From an uncultured Gemmatimonadaceae bacterium (GTDB taxonomy: Bacteria > Gemmatimonadota > Gemmatimonadetes > Gemmatimonadales > Gemmatimonadaceae): DNA of 64,000 nucleotides. Shown here one piece after another: positions 49,345 to 61,573 of this stretch (positions within the stretch are counted from its first letter, which is position 1; every line of letters begins with the position of its first letter). A program made the position numbers and the translations under genes. The stretch covers positions 2,048,001 through 2,112,000 of the forward strand of contig CAWJMB010000002.1 of assembly GCA_963843845.1 (NCBI GenBank), in the 5' to 3' direction. The notes beneath the pieces were generated by a model. It ran no database searches. It had not been told where the DNA came from and saw nothing but the letters and a program-made list of their open reading frames with translations.

Positions 49345-51587
49345 GCGGGCACCGACGTCGGGGCGGACACGGTCGTCGCGGCCGCGGGTGGGATGCCGCC
49401 GGCGGACGTCGGGTACTCGAGCCGGTTGTGGTGCATGCCCAACAGCGACCGCACGAGCTGCTCCTTCACGAGCTCGAGCTGGCGCAGGGTGAGCGGCGCG
49501 TCTCGCAGCTGTCCCTGCTCGATCCGCTGCTGCACGATGTGCTCGACGACGTCGCGGATCTTCTGCGGCGTCGGGTCCGGGATCGCGCGTGCCGACGCCT
49601 CCGCGCCGTCGGCGAGCATGAGGATCGCCGTCTCCGTGCTCTGGGGGATGGGCCCGGGATACGTGTATTCGGTGCCGGACGACGCGGCGTCCCCACGCTC
49701 GCGAGCTTTGTCGAGGAAGTACTTCAGTCGGCCGGTGCCGTGGTGCTCCGTGATGAACGCGCGCAGGGGGTCGGGCAGTTTGATCTCGTCTGCGAGCTCG
49801 AGCCCCTCGCGCACGTGGTTGCGAATGATCGATGCGCTCGTGCTCGGCTTCAGCTTGTCGTGCGGGTTGCGACCGCGCGGCTGGTTCTCGACGAAGAATT
49901 GCGGCTTCTTCAGCTTGCCGATGTCGTGGTAGTACGTGCCGACGCGAGCGAGCAGTCCGTTCGCGCCGATCGCGTTCGCGGCGGCCTCGGCCAGGTTCGC
50001 CACGGCGATCGTGTGCGCGTACGTCCCCGGCGCCTCGAGGGCGAGTCGCTGCATGAGGGGGCGGTTGAGATCCGACCACTCGAGCAGCCGCTGATACGTG
50101 ACCGTCCCCGTGAGCTGCTCGGCCGGCGGCATCAACCCGGTCGCGAGCGCCACCGAGACGACTGCACTCGCGGCGCCCAGGCCGCTCATGACCCCGACCT
50201 CACGCCACGACCAACCGAGCGTGAGCCCCAACGTGACGGCAGCGAGCGCGTACCCGATCGCGACGAACGCCATCGACGCATAGGCCTGGTCGCGGCGGCG
50301 CAGCGACTGCACGCTGATCGCGGCGGCGACGCCACCGACGAGCAGCGTGAACAGGGCGTTCGTGCCGCGGAAGGGACCCTGACTGCCGACGAGCACGGCG
50401 CCGACGAGCGCGAACACGACGCTGATGCGCGCGTCGAACAGGATGCTCAGCATCACGCCCGCGAGTGCGATCGGCACCAGCTCAGGACGTGGCGTCGCCA
50501 TGCGCGCGACGATCGCCCCGGCGGTCAGCACGACGGCGACCTGGAACGCGAAGAGCGCGACGACACGCATCGAGGCGTAGAGCGGCGGCCGGAACAGCAG
50601 CAACGTGACCCCGAAGATCGCGATGACGACGAGGTTGTGCAGCACCGCACCGATGACGCGCGCTGCTCCGCGAGTCGCGCTGACCTCGGCGTCGCCGCGG
50701 CGCGCCACCGCGTCGCGGAGCGCGCGCATCTTCTCGAACGTCTCGCGGCCGACGACCTCGTGCGCGCCGACGATCTTCTCACCGGCCCGAACGAAGTAGC
50801 GATCCGGGTCGACGGCGTTCGCCGACACGGCGCGCGCGCGCTCGGTCGCCGGGCGGTCCGGCACGAGCGTGGGTCGGAAGAACGCGCTCAGCAGCTTGAC
50901 GTAGAGCGCGTCGCCGACATCGGAGCGAAGGTCCGGCACCTGGTCACGCGCGCGCTGGAGCAGCGTGCCGAACGTGACGACGCTGTCGACCGGCACGATC
51001 GTCGTTCGTCCACCGTTGTCGATCACGATCTGGCCGCGCAGTCCGCTCAGCGAGGAGGACGACGCGACGCCGCCCGGCAGATAGCGACTCAGCGCGCGCT
51101 CGACCGCGTCGAGCTGCGCGCGGCGCTGCAGCGGCACGCGGAGGTACGCGATCTCGGCCGGCGTGAGTCGCACGTTGAGCTGTCGCGCGATCGACGTGGC
51201 GGCGAGCGCCGACGCCGGTGCGCCAGGGGCGAAGGCGCTCTCCATCGCCGCGGCGAACAGCGCGAGCTGCGTCCGCACGCTGTCGAGCGGCACGCGGCGG
51301 AGCGTGAAGACGGGCGGCACGGCACGCATCGCGGCGTCGCGCTCACCCTGACGCTCGCGCTCGTTCTTGGGGACGCGAAACGCGAACGGCGCGATCACGT
51401 TCTCCGGCGCCACCGAGCCGACCTCGTACAACGGCAGCTCGACCGCCGGCGCCAGGGGGAAGAGCAGGAACGCCGCGACGGCCAGCGCGAGTCCGACGAG
51501 CAGCCGCGCGCCGTGAAATCGGACACGCGCGGCGCCGCTACTTCGTGGCGGCTCGTCGGACGTCGACCAACTGACGGCGGTGCTCAT
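49341..51587 (-). CDS. 7TM-HDIG membrane phosphohydrolase (PgpH/YqfF-like)
   Basis: Large extracellular domain, multi-TM region, EAPGTYAH, YYHDIGK, FFVENQ, HHGT, YPGP, MLAD. Confidence 0.88.
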   Translation of the reverse strand: MSTAVSWSTSDEPPRSSGAARVRFHGARLLVGLALAVAAFLLFPLAPAVELPLYEVGSVAPENVIAPFAFRVPKNERERQGERDAAMRAVPPVFTLRRVPLDSVRTQLALFAAAMESAFAPGAPASALAATSIARQLNVRLTPAEIAYLRVPLQRRAQLDAVERALSRYLPGGVASSSSLSGLRGQIVIDNGGRTTIVPVDSVVTFGTLLQRARDQVPDLRSDVGDALYVKLLSAFFRPTLVPDRPATERARAVSANAVDPDRYFVRAGEKIVGAHEVVGRETFEKMRALRDAVARRGDAEVSATRGAARVIGAVLHNLVVIAIFGVTLLLFRPPLYASMRVVALFAFQVAVVLTAGAIVARMATPRPELVPIALAGVMLSILFDARISVVFALVGAVLVGSQGPFRGTNALFTLLVGGVAAAISVQSLRRRDQAYASMAFVAIGYALAAVTLGLTLGWSWREVGVMSGLGAASAVVSVALATGLMPPAEQLTGTVTYQRLLEWSDLNRPLMQRLALEAPGTYAHTIAVANLAEAAANAIGANGLLARVGTYYHDIGKLKKPQFFVENQPRGRNPHDKLKPSTSASIIRNHVREGLELADEIKLPDPLRAFITEHHGTGRLKYFLDKARERGDAASSGTEYTYPGPIPQSTETAILMLADGAEASARAIPDPTPQKIRDVVEHIVQQRIEQGQLRDAPLTLRQLELVKEQLVRSLLGMHHNRLEYPTSAGGIPPAAATTVSAPTSVPA

Positions 51588-51594
51588 GACCTAC

Positions 51595-52554
51595 TCACGC
51601 ACCCGCGTCTTCGGCGTACGCCCTGATGATCTCGCGCACCAGCCGGTGTCGCACGACGTCCGCATCCGTGAAGTAGTGGAACTGGATGCCGTCGATGTCG
51701 TGCAGTATCCGCTCCACCTGCATCAGCCCGGAGTCTTCGCGCCGCGGCAGGTCGATCTGCGTCTTGTCCCCGGTGATGACGATCTTCGAGTTCACGCCCA
51801 GCCGCGTGAGGAACATCTTCATCTGGAGGGTCGTCGCGTTCTGCGCCTCGTCGAGGATCACGAACGCGTCGCCCAGCGTGCGGCCCCGCATGAACGCGAG
51901 CGGCGCGATCTCGATCGTCCGCGTCTCGAGCGCCTTCGCCATGCGTTCCGGCGGCATCATCTCGTCGAGCGCGTCGTAGAGCGGGCGCAGGTACGGGTCG
52001 ACCTTGGCCTGCATGTCCCCTGGCAGAAAGCCGAGACTCTCACCCGCCTCCACGGCCGGTCGCGCGAGGACGATCCGCCGCACCCGTTTTCGCACGAGCG
52101 CGTCGACGGCCATCGCGACGGCGAGATACGTCTTGCCGGTGCCTGCGGGTCCGATCCCGATCACGATGTCGTTCTCGGCGATCTTCTGCATGTACTCGCC
52201 CTGGCCGCTCGTCTTCGCCTGGATGATACGGCGGACCCCGGGGAGCGCGAGGCGGCTCGCGTCGGGCGGGTTGCCCTCACCGTCGCGGCCGGCGTCGAGA
52301 CTCAGCCGGAGCACGTCGTCGGCGCTGATCGCCCCGCCCTGCCGCGCGAGCTCGATGAGCCGCTGCGCGACGTCGACCGCCCGGCCTAACGCGTCGGCGT
52401 TCGGCGCCGTGAGCGTGAGCGTATCGCCGCGCAACGCGACGCGAGCGCCGGTGATGCGGGAGAGCTCGCTGAGATTCGTGTCGTTCACGCCGGCCAGCGA
52501 CAGCTGGTCGGCCCCTTCGGTCGATAAGCGCTGCGTACTGTCGCCGTCGCTCAC
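51595..52554 (-). CDS. phoH: PhoH family ATPase
   Basis: GPAGTGKT, RPAVEAGE, PLAFMRGRT, DEAQN, GDKTQIDL. Confidence 0.94.
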   Translation of the reverse strand: MSDGDSTQRLSTEGADQLSLAGVNDTNLSELSRITGARVALRGDTLTLTAPNADALGRAVDVAQRLIELARQGGAISADDVLRLSLDAGRDGEGNPPDASRLALPGVRRIIQAKTSGQGEYMQKIAENDIVIGIGPAGTGKTYLAVAMAVDALVRKRVRRIVLARPAVEAGESLGFLPGDMQAKVDPYLRPLYDALDEMMPPERMAKALETRTIEIAPLAFMRGRTLGDAFVILDEAQNATTLQMKMFLTRLGVNSKIVITGDKTQIDLPRREDSGLMQVERILHDIDGIQFHYFTDADVVRHRLVREIIRAYAEDAGA

Positions 52555-54352
52555 TCTGGTCCTGCCTCCACCCGAAGATGTAAGTCGTGCACGTCGCGCT
52601 CCGGGACGGCCGTCGGTGCGCCCTCATACAATGCGCGGGCCGCGGTCGTTTTCGGGAACGCGATGACGTCACGGAGCGACGACGCGCCGCTCCACAACAT
52701 CGCGATCCGGTCGAAGCCGAGCGCGATCCCGCCGTGCGGTGGGGCGCCTGCGCGCAGCCCCTCGAGCAGGAAGCCGAACCGTGCCGCCGCCGTCGGCTCG
52801 TCGATGCCGAGCAGCGAGAAGACGCGCGACTGCATCGCCGGGTCGCTGATGCGGATGCTCCCGCCGCCGAGCTCCGTGCCGTTCAGCACCACATCGTACG
52901 CGCGCGCCCGCACCCGGTGCGGCTCGCGGTCGAGCAGGTGCGCGTCCTCCGGCGCCGGCGCCGTGAACGGATGGTGCATCGCGGTGAGCGCTCCAGACTG
53001 CGGATCGCGCTCGAACATCGGGAAATCGACGACCCAGAGCAGCTCGCGCGCGTCGTCACGAACGAGGCTCAGGCGGCGCGCGACGTCCTGACGCATCCGG
53101 TCGAGCGCCGGGCTCGTGACGTGATCCGGGCCGGCGACGATCACCGCCATGTCGCCATCGGACGAGCCGCAAACGCTCGATCGCGTCGCCGCGAAGGAAC
53201 TTCGCCGTCGGCCCTTCGAGCGCGTCGCCGTTGCGCTTGAGGAAGATGACCCCCTGCGCGCCGGCGCCCCTGGCGAGGGCCTGGAGCTCGTCCTGCTCCT
53301 TCCGCGAGAAGCGCGCACCGCCCGGCGCGACGAATCCGCGAAAGCGCCCCCCGGCCGCGATCACGACCGACGACACCGCGAAGTCGGTACCCTCGAAGAC
53401 GCGCCGTGAGATCGTGCAACTCCAGGCCGTAGCGCAGATCCGGCCGGTCGATGCCGTAGCGCTCCATGGCGTCCGCGTACGTCATCCGCCGGAACGGCGT
53501 GCTGACCTGAACGCCGGCGACGGCGAACAGCGCCGCGAGCATCCCCTCGGTGACGCGAATGATGTCGTCCTGATCGACGAACGAGGCCTCGACGTCGATC
53601 TGCGTGAACTCCGGCTGGCGGTCCGCGCGCAGGTCCTCATCGCGAAAGCAGCGGGCGATCTGGAAGTACCGATCGAGCCCGGCGACCATGAAGAGCTGCT
53701 TGTAGATCTGCGGCGACTGCGGCAGCGCGTAGAACTCGCCCGGGTGCACCCGGCTCGGCACGAGATAGTCGCGCGCCCCCTCGGGCGTCGGCTTCGTGAG
53801 GATCGGCGTCTCGATCTCGAGGAACCCGGCGTCGCTCAGATACCGCCGTGCCGTCTGCGCCAGTCGGTGTCGCAGCACGAGGTTTCGCTGGAGCTCCGGC
53901 CGGCGGAGATCGAGGTAGCGGTAGCGCAACCGCAGATCCTCGGACGGGAGCTTCTCGGTGCGCCCGCGGGCCACCGGAATCGCCGGGGTCTCCGCGGCGC
54001 CGACGACGCGAATCGACGTCGCGCGCACCTCGACGTCGCCCGTCTCCATCTCCGGATTGCGCCGCTCCGCCGGGCGCAGCACGACCTCGCCTTCGACGAG
54101 GACCACACTCTCGATGCCGACCGCGGACGCCACCGCGCGCGCCTCGTCGTTCGCGAAGGCCGGGTCGAACGAGAGCTGCACCAGGCCATCCCGGTCCCGG
54201 AGGTCGATGAACACGAGCCCGCCGAGGTCGCGGCTCCGGTGCACCCAGCCGCCGAGTCGCACGACGGTGCCTGCGTGCTCGGCGCGGAGCGAGCCGCCGG
54301 TATGGGTACGGAGCGATGTCGCGAGCGCGGTCGGCAAGACGGAGTCGGTCAC
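52551..54352 (-). CDS. aspS: Aspartate--tRNA ligase; frameshifts near 53402, 53375 and 53162
   Basis: [72 protein letters not shown] (Leu rather than His) hints at the discriminating type. Confidence 0.94.
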
Positions 54353-54375
54353 GGAGAACGCGGAGGGTGGGAGCG

Positions 54376-54765
54376 TCAGGCGGCGGCCGAGCCGCGCCGC
54401 ACGACGGGGCGCATGAATGCGGCGATCGCCGCTCCAGCGAGAGCGCCGACCGAGTCGGCCTGCCAGTCGGCCGTGTCGGACGAACGGCCCGGAATGAAGC
54501 GCTGATGCCACTCGTCGGCCCACCCGAACGCCGAGACGACGGCGACGAGCACCACCGCGTGCGTCCGCGTCACGGACCGGACGCCGGGCCAGAACCACGC
54601 GCGCCACGCGACGAACGCGAGCACGCCGTAGAGCAGTGCGTGGACGGCCTTGTCGCCATGCGGAACGTCGGGGACGTCCGGGCGGGGCCACGACGTGGCG
54701 ACGAGGAGCAACGTCGTCCAGACGACGAGCGGCCCCCAGCGGCGACGAGAGTTGTCACGAGCCAT
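54376..54765 (-). CDS. VanZ family membrane protein
   Basis: [24 protein letters not shown]. Confidence 0.85.
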   Translation of the reverse strand: MARDNSRRRWGPLVVWTTLLLVATSWPRPDVPDVPHGDKAVHALLYGVLAFVAWRAWFWPGVRSVTRTHAVVLVAVVSAFGWADEWHQRFIPGRSSDTADWQADSVGALAGAAIAAFMRPVVRRGSAAA

Positions 54766-54851
54766 ACCAGAGCGGGAAATCTACCTCGACAGTACGACTG
54801 CTGGTAGCGCCGACTTGCCGCGGTCCCCGTGCGCTCATACTGTCCAAGTCG

Positions 54852-55802
54852 ATGCGCCACATGCTTTTCGCTGCCTCGTTCGGGGCCACGTGCTGCCTCG
54901 GACCGGGTCGGGCGGGTGCGCAGAACGTGCCGGCGGCGCGGCCCGTGCCCGGCCGTGCGTTGCTGGATTTTCCGCTCGGCACGCTGGCCGAGGTGCCGGC
55001 GCTGGCGACGGGCGGCGGCGGCGGGTTCACGAACCCCGCCGCACTGCTCGCCGACGGCGCCGCCGAGCCGCCGAGTCGGCTCCGGGTCGCCGTCGGGCAG
55101 CTCAGCGCGCAGGGGCTTCGGGGCGCGACCGGACAGTTCGCCTCGCTGAACACCGTGCGCGGCCGCAGCGCGATCGGCGTCAGCTTCGCGCGCATGGGAG
55201 TCGACGGGATCGACCGCACCGGCGATGGCGGCCCGCAGGTCATCGGCGACGTGCGCTACGACACCTATGTGCTCTCGGCCGAAAGCGCGCGGCGACTCGG
55301 GGGGACGTTGCGCAACCGCGTCGTCGTCGGGGTGGCGGCGCGCTACCGCGGCGCGCGCGACGACACGCTCAGCGCGTCCACCGCAGCGGTCGACGTCGGC
55401 CTGCTCGCCGACGGGTTGTTCGGCGCGCGCGACGTGCGGCTCGCGGCGTCGAGCTTTCTCTGGCGCCCCGGTCGCGAATCGATCGAGCGCCCGGGGGCGC
55501 GGTTCGGGGCGGACGCCCACGTGCTCGGGACCGACGCGGCGCACGAGGTGCGAGCCGGCGTGTCGCACGACGTGACGCGGGGCGCGACATCCGAGACGGG
55601 GATCTTCGCCGCCGGCCGCTGGACGTACGCCGAATCGCGCATCGGGATCGCGTCGGCACGCGGCTTCGGTGACAGTCAGACGCGGTTCCGGCTCGCGCTC
55701 GCCTTTCGCGCCGATCGGCTCACGGTGGGCGTGGCACACGAGGGGAGTGCGCCGTCGTTCGGCTCGCTCTGGCAGTTCACACTCAGCTCGCGGCTGCGCT
55801 GA
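54852..55802 (+). CDS. Putative outer-membrane beta-barrel protein
   Basis: Signal-peptide-like N-terminus, NPAALL segment, alternating strands (AVDVGL), C-terminal WQFTLSSRL; upstream of rlmN. Confidence 0.6.
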   Translation: MRHMLFAASFGATCCLGPGRAGAQNVPAARPVPGRALLDFPLGTLAEVPALATGGGGGFTNPAALLADGAAEPPSRLRVAVGQLSAQGLRGATGQFASLNTVRGRSAIGVSFARMGVDGIDRTGDGGPQVIGDVRYDTYVLSAESARRLGGTLRNRVVVGVAARYRGARDDTLSASTAAVDVGLLADGLFGARDVRLAASSFLWRPGRESIERPGARFGADAHVLGTDAAHEVRAGVSHDVTRGATSETGIFAAGRWTYAESRIGIASARGFGDSQTRFRLALAFRADRLTVGVAHEGSAPSFGSLWQFTLSSRLR

Positions 55803-55819
55803 GCGAGGAACCGATCGAC

Positions 55820-56933
55820 ATGAGCTCTCGCCCGCTTTCACTGCACGGACCGTCAGGCAAGGTCAATCTGCTGAACCTCGTGCCGTCGGCCGCGGAGCGC
55901 GTGCTGGCCGAGTTCGCGGCTGAGCTGGGCGTGCCGGCTTACCGCGCGCGACAGATCCTGCCGCGCCTCTGGTCGCGCCCGGTGAAGGCGTTCGACGAGA
56001 TCAGCGAGCTGCCGAAGTCGTTGCGTGCAGCGCTCGACGAGCGCTTCGAGCTGCCGCGACTCGAGTGCACCGTGCGCCAGCGATCGAGCGACGGCACGCA
56101 GAAGTTCCTGTTCCGGCTCACCGACGGGCAGGCGGTCGAGACGGTCGCGATTCCGGACGGCGACCGCCTCACGCTGTGCATCTCGTCGCAGGCCGGGTGC
56201 GCGCTCAAGTGCGCGTTCTGCGCGACCGGCGTGATGGGCTTCGCGCGGAACCTCGAGCCGTTCGAGATCGCCGGCCAGGTGCGCGAGCTCGCGCTGCTCG
56301 ACCCCGCCGCTCGCCGCGACGAACATCGTGTTCATGGGCATGGGCGAGCCGCTCATGAACTGGCGCGCCGTGGACCCGGTGCTGACGATCCTCAACGCCC
56401 CGACCGGTTTCGGAATCGGCGCGCGCCACATCACCGTGTCCACCGTCGGCGTGCTTCCCGGGATCGTCGCACTGGGCGAGCGCCCCGAGCAGTTCCGGCT
56501 CGCGCTCTCCATCCACGCCCCGACCGACGCGTTGCGTGCGAGCCTGATGCCGGTGAACACGAAGTACCCGCTCGCCGAGGTCTTGCGCGCGGCGCGCGAG
56601 TTCGATCGCCGCGTGACCTTCGAGTACGTGCTGCTGGGCGGGGTGAACGACGCGCCCGATCACGCGCGCCAGCTCGCCGACCTCGCGATCGAATGCCGTG
56701 CGTTCGTGAACCTGATTCCGCTGCACCCGGGCGGTGCGGTCGGCTTCACCCCGACGCCGTCGGCCGACATGGAACGCTTCGCGCGCACGCTGCGCGACCG
56801 GGGCGTCGAGGTCGCGATCCGCAAGAGCCGCGGCGTCGACATCGCGGCGGCATGCGGGCAGCTACGGGTCGAGCGTCTGGGGCGGCGCACGCCACGTTCG
56901 GCCGACGACGACCGTGAGGTCCAGATAGCGTGA
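55820..56933 (+). CDS. rlmN: Dual-specificity RNA methyltransferase RlmN; frameshift near 56310
   Basis: [15 protein letters not shown], then [33 protein letters not shown]. Confidence 0.94.
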
Positions 56934-57374
56934 CGAGTCGGGGCGCGACTCCACACGCGCCCCGCCCATCGCCCGCGCCGCGCGGCGCGCCCATTCCGGA
57001 TGGCCGCTCCGGTCGAGCACGACCGACTCGTCGACGCGGTCGGGCCACGTGCCGACGTCGACGACGTCGAAGCCACGCGCGCGCATCCACGACGTCGCGC
57101 GTCTCGCCAGCCCGCGGGTCGTCGTTCCGTTCACGACCTGCGTCCGGATCCGAACGCCCGGCGGTGCCTGCGCGAGCGAGTCGTTCGCGATCGCGTCGAG
57201 CGTCGCCAGCAGATCGCTCACCGCCGTCGAGTCGGATCGTTCCGGCACGCCGCGCGGAGCCGACTCGGCCGCGGCCGCACCGCGAGACCCAGTCCGCGCA
57301 CGCCAGGCGCTGACGCCTCCCCACCCCGCGACGCCGACGAGCAGCGCGGCGAGGATGACGCGGCCGGGCTTCAT
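56862..57374 (-). CDS. LytR C-terminal domain membrane-anchored protein
   Basis: N-terminal TM helix, [24 protein letters not shown]. Confidence 0.8.
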   Translation of the reverse strand: MKPGRVILAALLVGVAGWGGVSAWRARTGSRGAAAAESAPRGVPERSDSTAVSDLLATLDAIANDSLAQAPPGVRIRTQVVNGTTTRGLARRATSWMRARGFDVVDVGTWPDRVDESVVLDRSGHPEWARRAARAMGGARVESRPDSSRYLDLTVVVGRTWRAPPQTLDP

Positions 57375-57402
57375 CGACGGTCGAGGGGACGCGCCGCCCC
57401 CG

Positions 57403-57945
57403 TCATTCGCCGCGGACGCTGTTCCACAGCGCGACCGTCTCGGGAAGGAGCGCCCTTCCCTCACGCAACGACCACTCGATCCGGAGGCGCACGACCTGAC
57501 GGAAGACGCCGTCACAGTCGTGCGGCACGTGCGCGGCGAGGAACGCCCGATCGGCCGCGGCGAACTTCCGTCCGGGCTCGAGAAAGTCCGCGAGGTAGAG
57601 CGCACGACCCACCCGTCCCCACCGGGCGCTGCCGACGGTGTGGTAGCGAATCGCCTCGAGCACGTCGGCGCGCGTCTCGCCGTCGCGCGCGAGCATCGTT
57701 GCAGCTGCCGGACCGTGGAGCAGCTCGGGCGGCGACCCGTGATCGCCGGTCAGCGCGCGCAGCTCGGGCTCGCCGGCGTCGCGCAACGCATCGTGCCACA
57801 CCCCGGCGTCGCGCATCGCGAGCGACTCGACGTCGTTCGCGGCGAGCGCCGGCGCCCATGTCTCGAGCAGCGCGGTCACGCGACCGATGTGCGCACGCCG
57901 CTTCTCGCCGACGCGCGCCCACGGCGGAAGGACGACCGCGCTCAC
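57403..57945 (-). CDS. HD-domain hydrolase, YqeK (symmetrical Ap4A hydrolase)-like
   Basis: R.AH..RV, WHD, LLHGPAAA, AIRYHTVG, LYLADFLEPGR. Confidence 0.8.
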   Translation of the reverse strand: MSAVVLPPWARVGEKRRAHIGRVTALLETWAPALAANDVESLAMRDAGVWHDALRDAGEPELRALTGDHGSPPELLHGPAAATMLARDGETRADVLEAIRYHTVGSARWGRVGRALYLADFLEPGRKFAAADRAFLAAHVPHDCDGVFRQVVRLRIEWSLREGRALLPETVALWNSVRGE

Positions 57946-58719
57946 CCGTCGAGTGCCTGCCGCATCTCGCGAACGAGCGCGATCGCACGCTCGACGCTCT
58001 CGCCCGCAGCGCGCACGAGCGCACTGCCGACGACGATGCCGTCGGCGAGCCGTCCGACCTCCGCCGCCTGATCGGGCGTCGAGATCCCGAAGCCGACGCA
58101 GATCGGGAGCGATGTGGCGCTCCGCAGGCGGTCGATCGACGACGGCAGCGAGGCGGAGAGCGTGCTCTGCTCGCCGGTCACGCCGAGTCGGCTGATGAGG
58201 TACACGAACCCGCTTCCGTGCCGCGCGATCTCGGCCATGCGCTCGCGCGGGGTCGTCGGCGCGACGAGGCGCACGAACGCGAGCGGTCCGCCGCCGAAGC
58301 GTTCTTCGAGCGCCGGGTCCGCCCCCACGGGGAGGTCGGTGACGAGCACGCCGGCGACGCCCGCGTCTGCCGCGCGGTGCAGCACGTCGCGTCCCGCCGA
58401 GAGGAGCGGGTTGAGGTAGCTGAACAGCACGATCGGCACCGGCGGCCGCACGCGGTCGACCAGGGCGAGCGTGCCGTCGAGCGTCATCCCGCCGTCGAGC
58501 GCGATCTGCGAGCTGCGCTGGATCACGGGACCGTCGGCCATCGGGTCCGAGAATGGCACGCCGACCTCGATGACGTCGGCGCCCGCCTCGGCGAGCCCGC
58601 CTAACAGCTCGGCGGAGCGGTCGACGTCCGGATGGCCGGCAGTCACGTAGCACACGAGCGCCTTCCGACCGTCCCGGCGGAGCGCCTCGAACCGTCCCTC
58701 GAGCGACGCCGCGAGAACG

Positions 58720-58727
<8 letters not shown>
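57942..58727 (-). CDS. trpA: Tryptophan synthase alpha subunit
   Basis: [39 protein letters not shown]. Confidence 0.96.
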
Positions 58728-59937
<1,210 letters not shown>

Positions 59938-59941
<4 letters not shown>

Positions 59942-60652
59942 GAAGTACGCTCGCGTTCGGCACGATCCGGCGCGGCGTGAGTCGCCGCGCGCCAGAATGC
60001 GCGCATGAGGTGATGGGCTTTGACGCCGGGCGCCGATTCGACGCCGGACGATACGTCGACGACGTTCGGCGCGAGACGAGCGACCGCCGTCGTCGACGTT
60101 CGACGGCGTGAGTCCGCCGGCGAGCACGAGACACCCGTCGCCACGCGCCCGCTCGACCGACTCGGCGAGCCGCGCCCAGTCGAGCGTGACGCCGGTGCCG
60201 CCCAACGCGCCCGGCCACGCGCGCGTCGAGCACCACCGCGTCCGCCACGGCGAACAGCTCGGCCGCGTCGCCCGGCAGGGCCACCCCGTCCACACGGAGC
60301 ACGGCCCACACGGTCGCGCCCGACCGCTGCGCGAACCCGCGCCACCTCGCTCGGTGACGGGTCGCCGTGCAGCTGCACGACGTCGAGCGAGGCGTCGTGC
60401 GTCACGTCGGCGATCTCCTGCGCCGCCTGACCTCCGAACACCCCCACGCAGCGCGGCACGCCCTGCCACGACAGCGCCGCCGCCGCCCGCGCCCGCCGAG
60501 AAGAGCGCGGCGGCACGCGCTGGCGCGATCGCTCGCGGCCCGCCGGCGAAGATGGCGCCGAGGAAGCGCGCGCCGAGTCGCCCCCCTTCGGCGGCGTCGT
60601 CCGCGCGCGTCAGCCCACAGAACTTGACCGCGGGCCCGCGCCGCTCGCTCAC
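59938..60652 (-). CDS. trpF: Phosphoribosylanthranilate isomerase (multiple frameshifts)
   Basis: [35 protein letters not shown] across frames. Confidence 0.88.
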
Positions 60653-61480
60653 GCGTGCCCCCGCGCGCGCCGCGGCACGCCTCCGAGCGCGCGCACGGCC
60701 TCCGCGGGATCGTGCGCGGCGGAGATGCGCGGAGCCGACGAGCACCGCGTCCGCGCCGGCAGCCGCGGCGCGCTCGACCTCGGCGACCGACGACACGCCG
60801 CTCTCGAACACTGCGATGCGGTCGGCGGGAATCAGCGGGCACGAGCCGCTCGCCCGTCGCGAGGTCGATCTCGAGCGTCTCGAGGTTGCGGTTGTTCACG
60901 CCGATCACCGCCGGCCTCGGTCGACAGCGCCTGCTCGAGCTCCGCCTCGTCGCGCACCTCGACGATCACGTCGAGCGCCAGGTCGGCGGCGAGTGCGGCG
61001 AGCGACCGGAGCTGCGTCGGCCGCAGCGCGCGCGCGATGAGCAGCACCGCCGACGCGCCCAGCGCCCGCGCCTCGACGAGCTGGATCGGCGCGACGTGGA
61101 AGTCCTTCTTCAGCAGGGGCAGCGTCGACGACGGACCGCGCCGTCGTCAGATCGATCTCGTCGCCGCCGAATCGGGTCGGCTCGGTGAGCACCGAGATGC
61201 GCGGCCGCCCCGCCGCGCTGCGTAGGCTGTCGCCTGCACGGCGACCGACAGCTCCGGGTTGATGTCGCCCTTCGACGGCGAGCGACGCTTGATCTCGGCG
61301 ATCACGGCCACGACGTCGCGGCGCAACGCGCGCGCGAACGACGGCGGGCGGCGCGGCCTTCGCGGCCTGCCGTTCGAGCGTGGGCGCGATCTCTTCGAGC
61401 CGTGCCGCACGCCGTCCCGCCTCATCCACGAGTCGGCCGAGCGGGCCCTGTGGCGGCGTCCAGTGTGGAAATCCTTGCAC
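60649..61480 (-). CDS. trpC: Indole-3-glycerol phosphate synthase (multiple frameshifts)
   Basis: [44 protein letters not shown] across frames. Confidence 0.9.
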
Positions 61481-61503
61481 TTCGGCCGCTGTTCGGCTAA
61501 CGT
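61475..61503 (+). promoter_or_regulatory. Sigma70 promoter of lexA
   Basis: TTGCAC (61475-61480), 17 bp spacer, TAACGT (61498-61503). Confidence 0.6.
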
Positions 61504-61522
61504 GGATTCGGCAGATGTTCGG
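61481..61522. promoter_or_regulatory. Two candidate LexA operators, TTCGGC-N3-TGTTCGG
   Basis: ttcggccgctgttcgg (61481-61496) and ttcggcagatgttcgg (61507-61522); each is one mismatch from GTTC-N7-GTTC. Confidence 0.6.
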
Positions 61523-61573
61523 TGAGCGACGTCATGCGCGTCGCCGAACGCGTCACTCGGTTCGAGGAATCCC

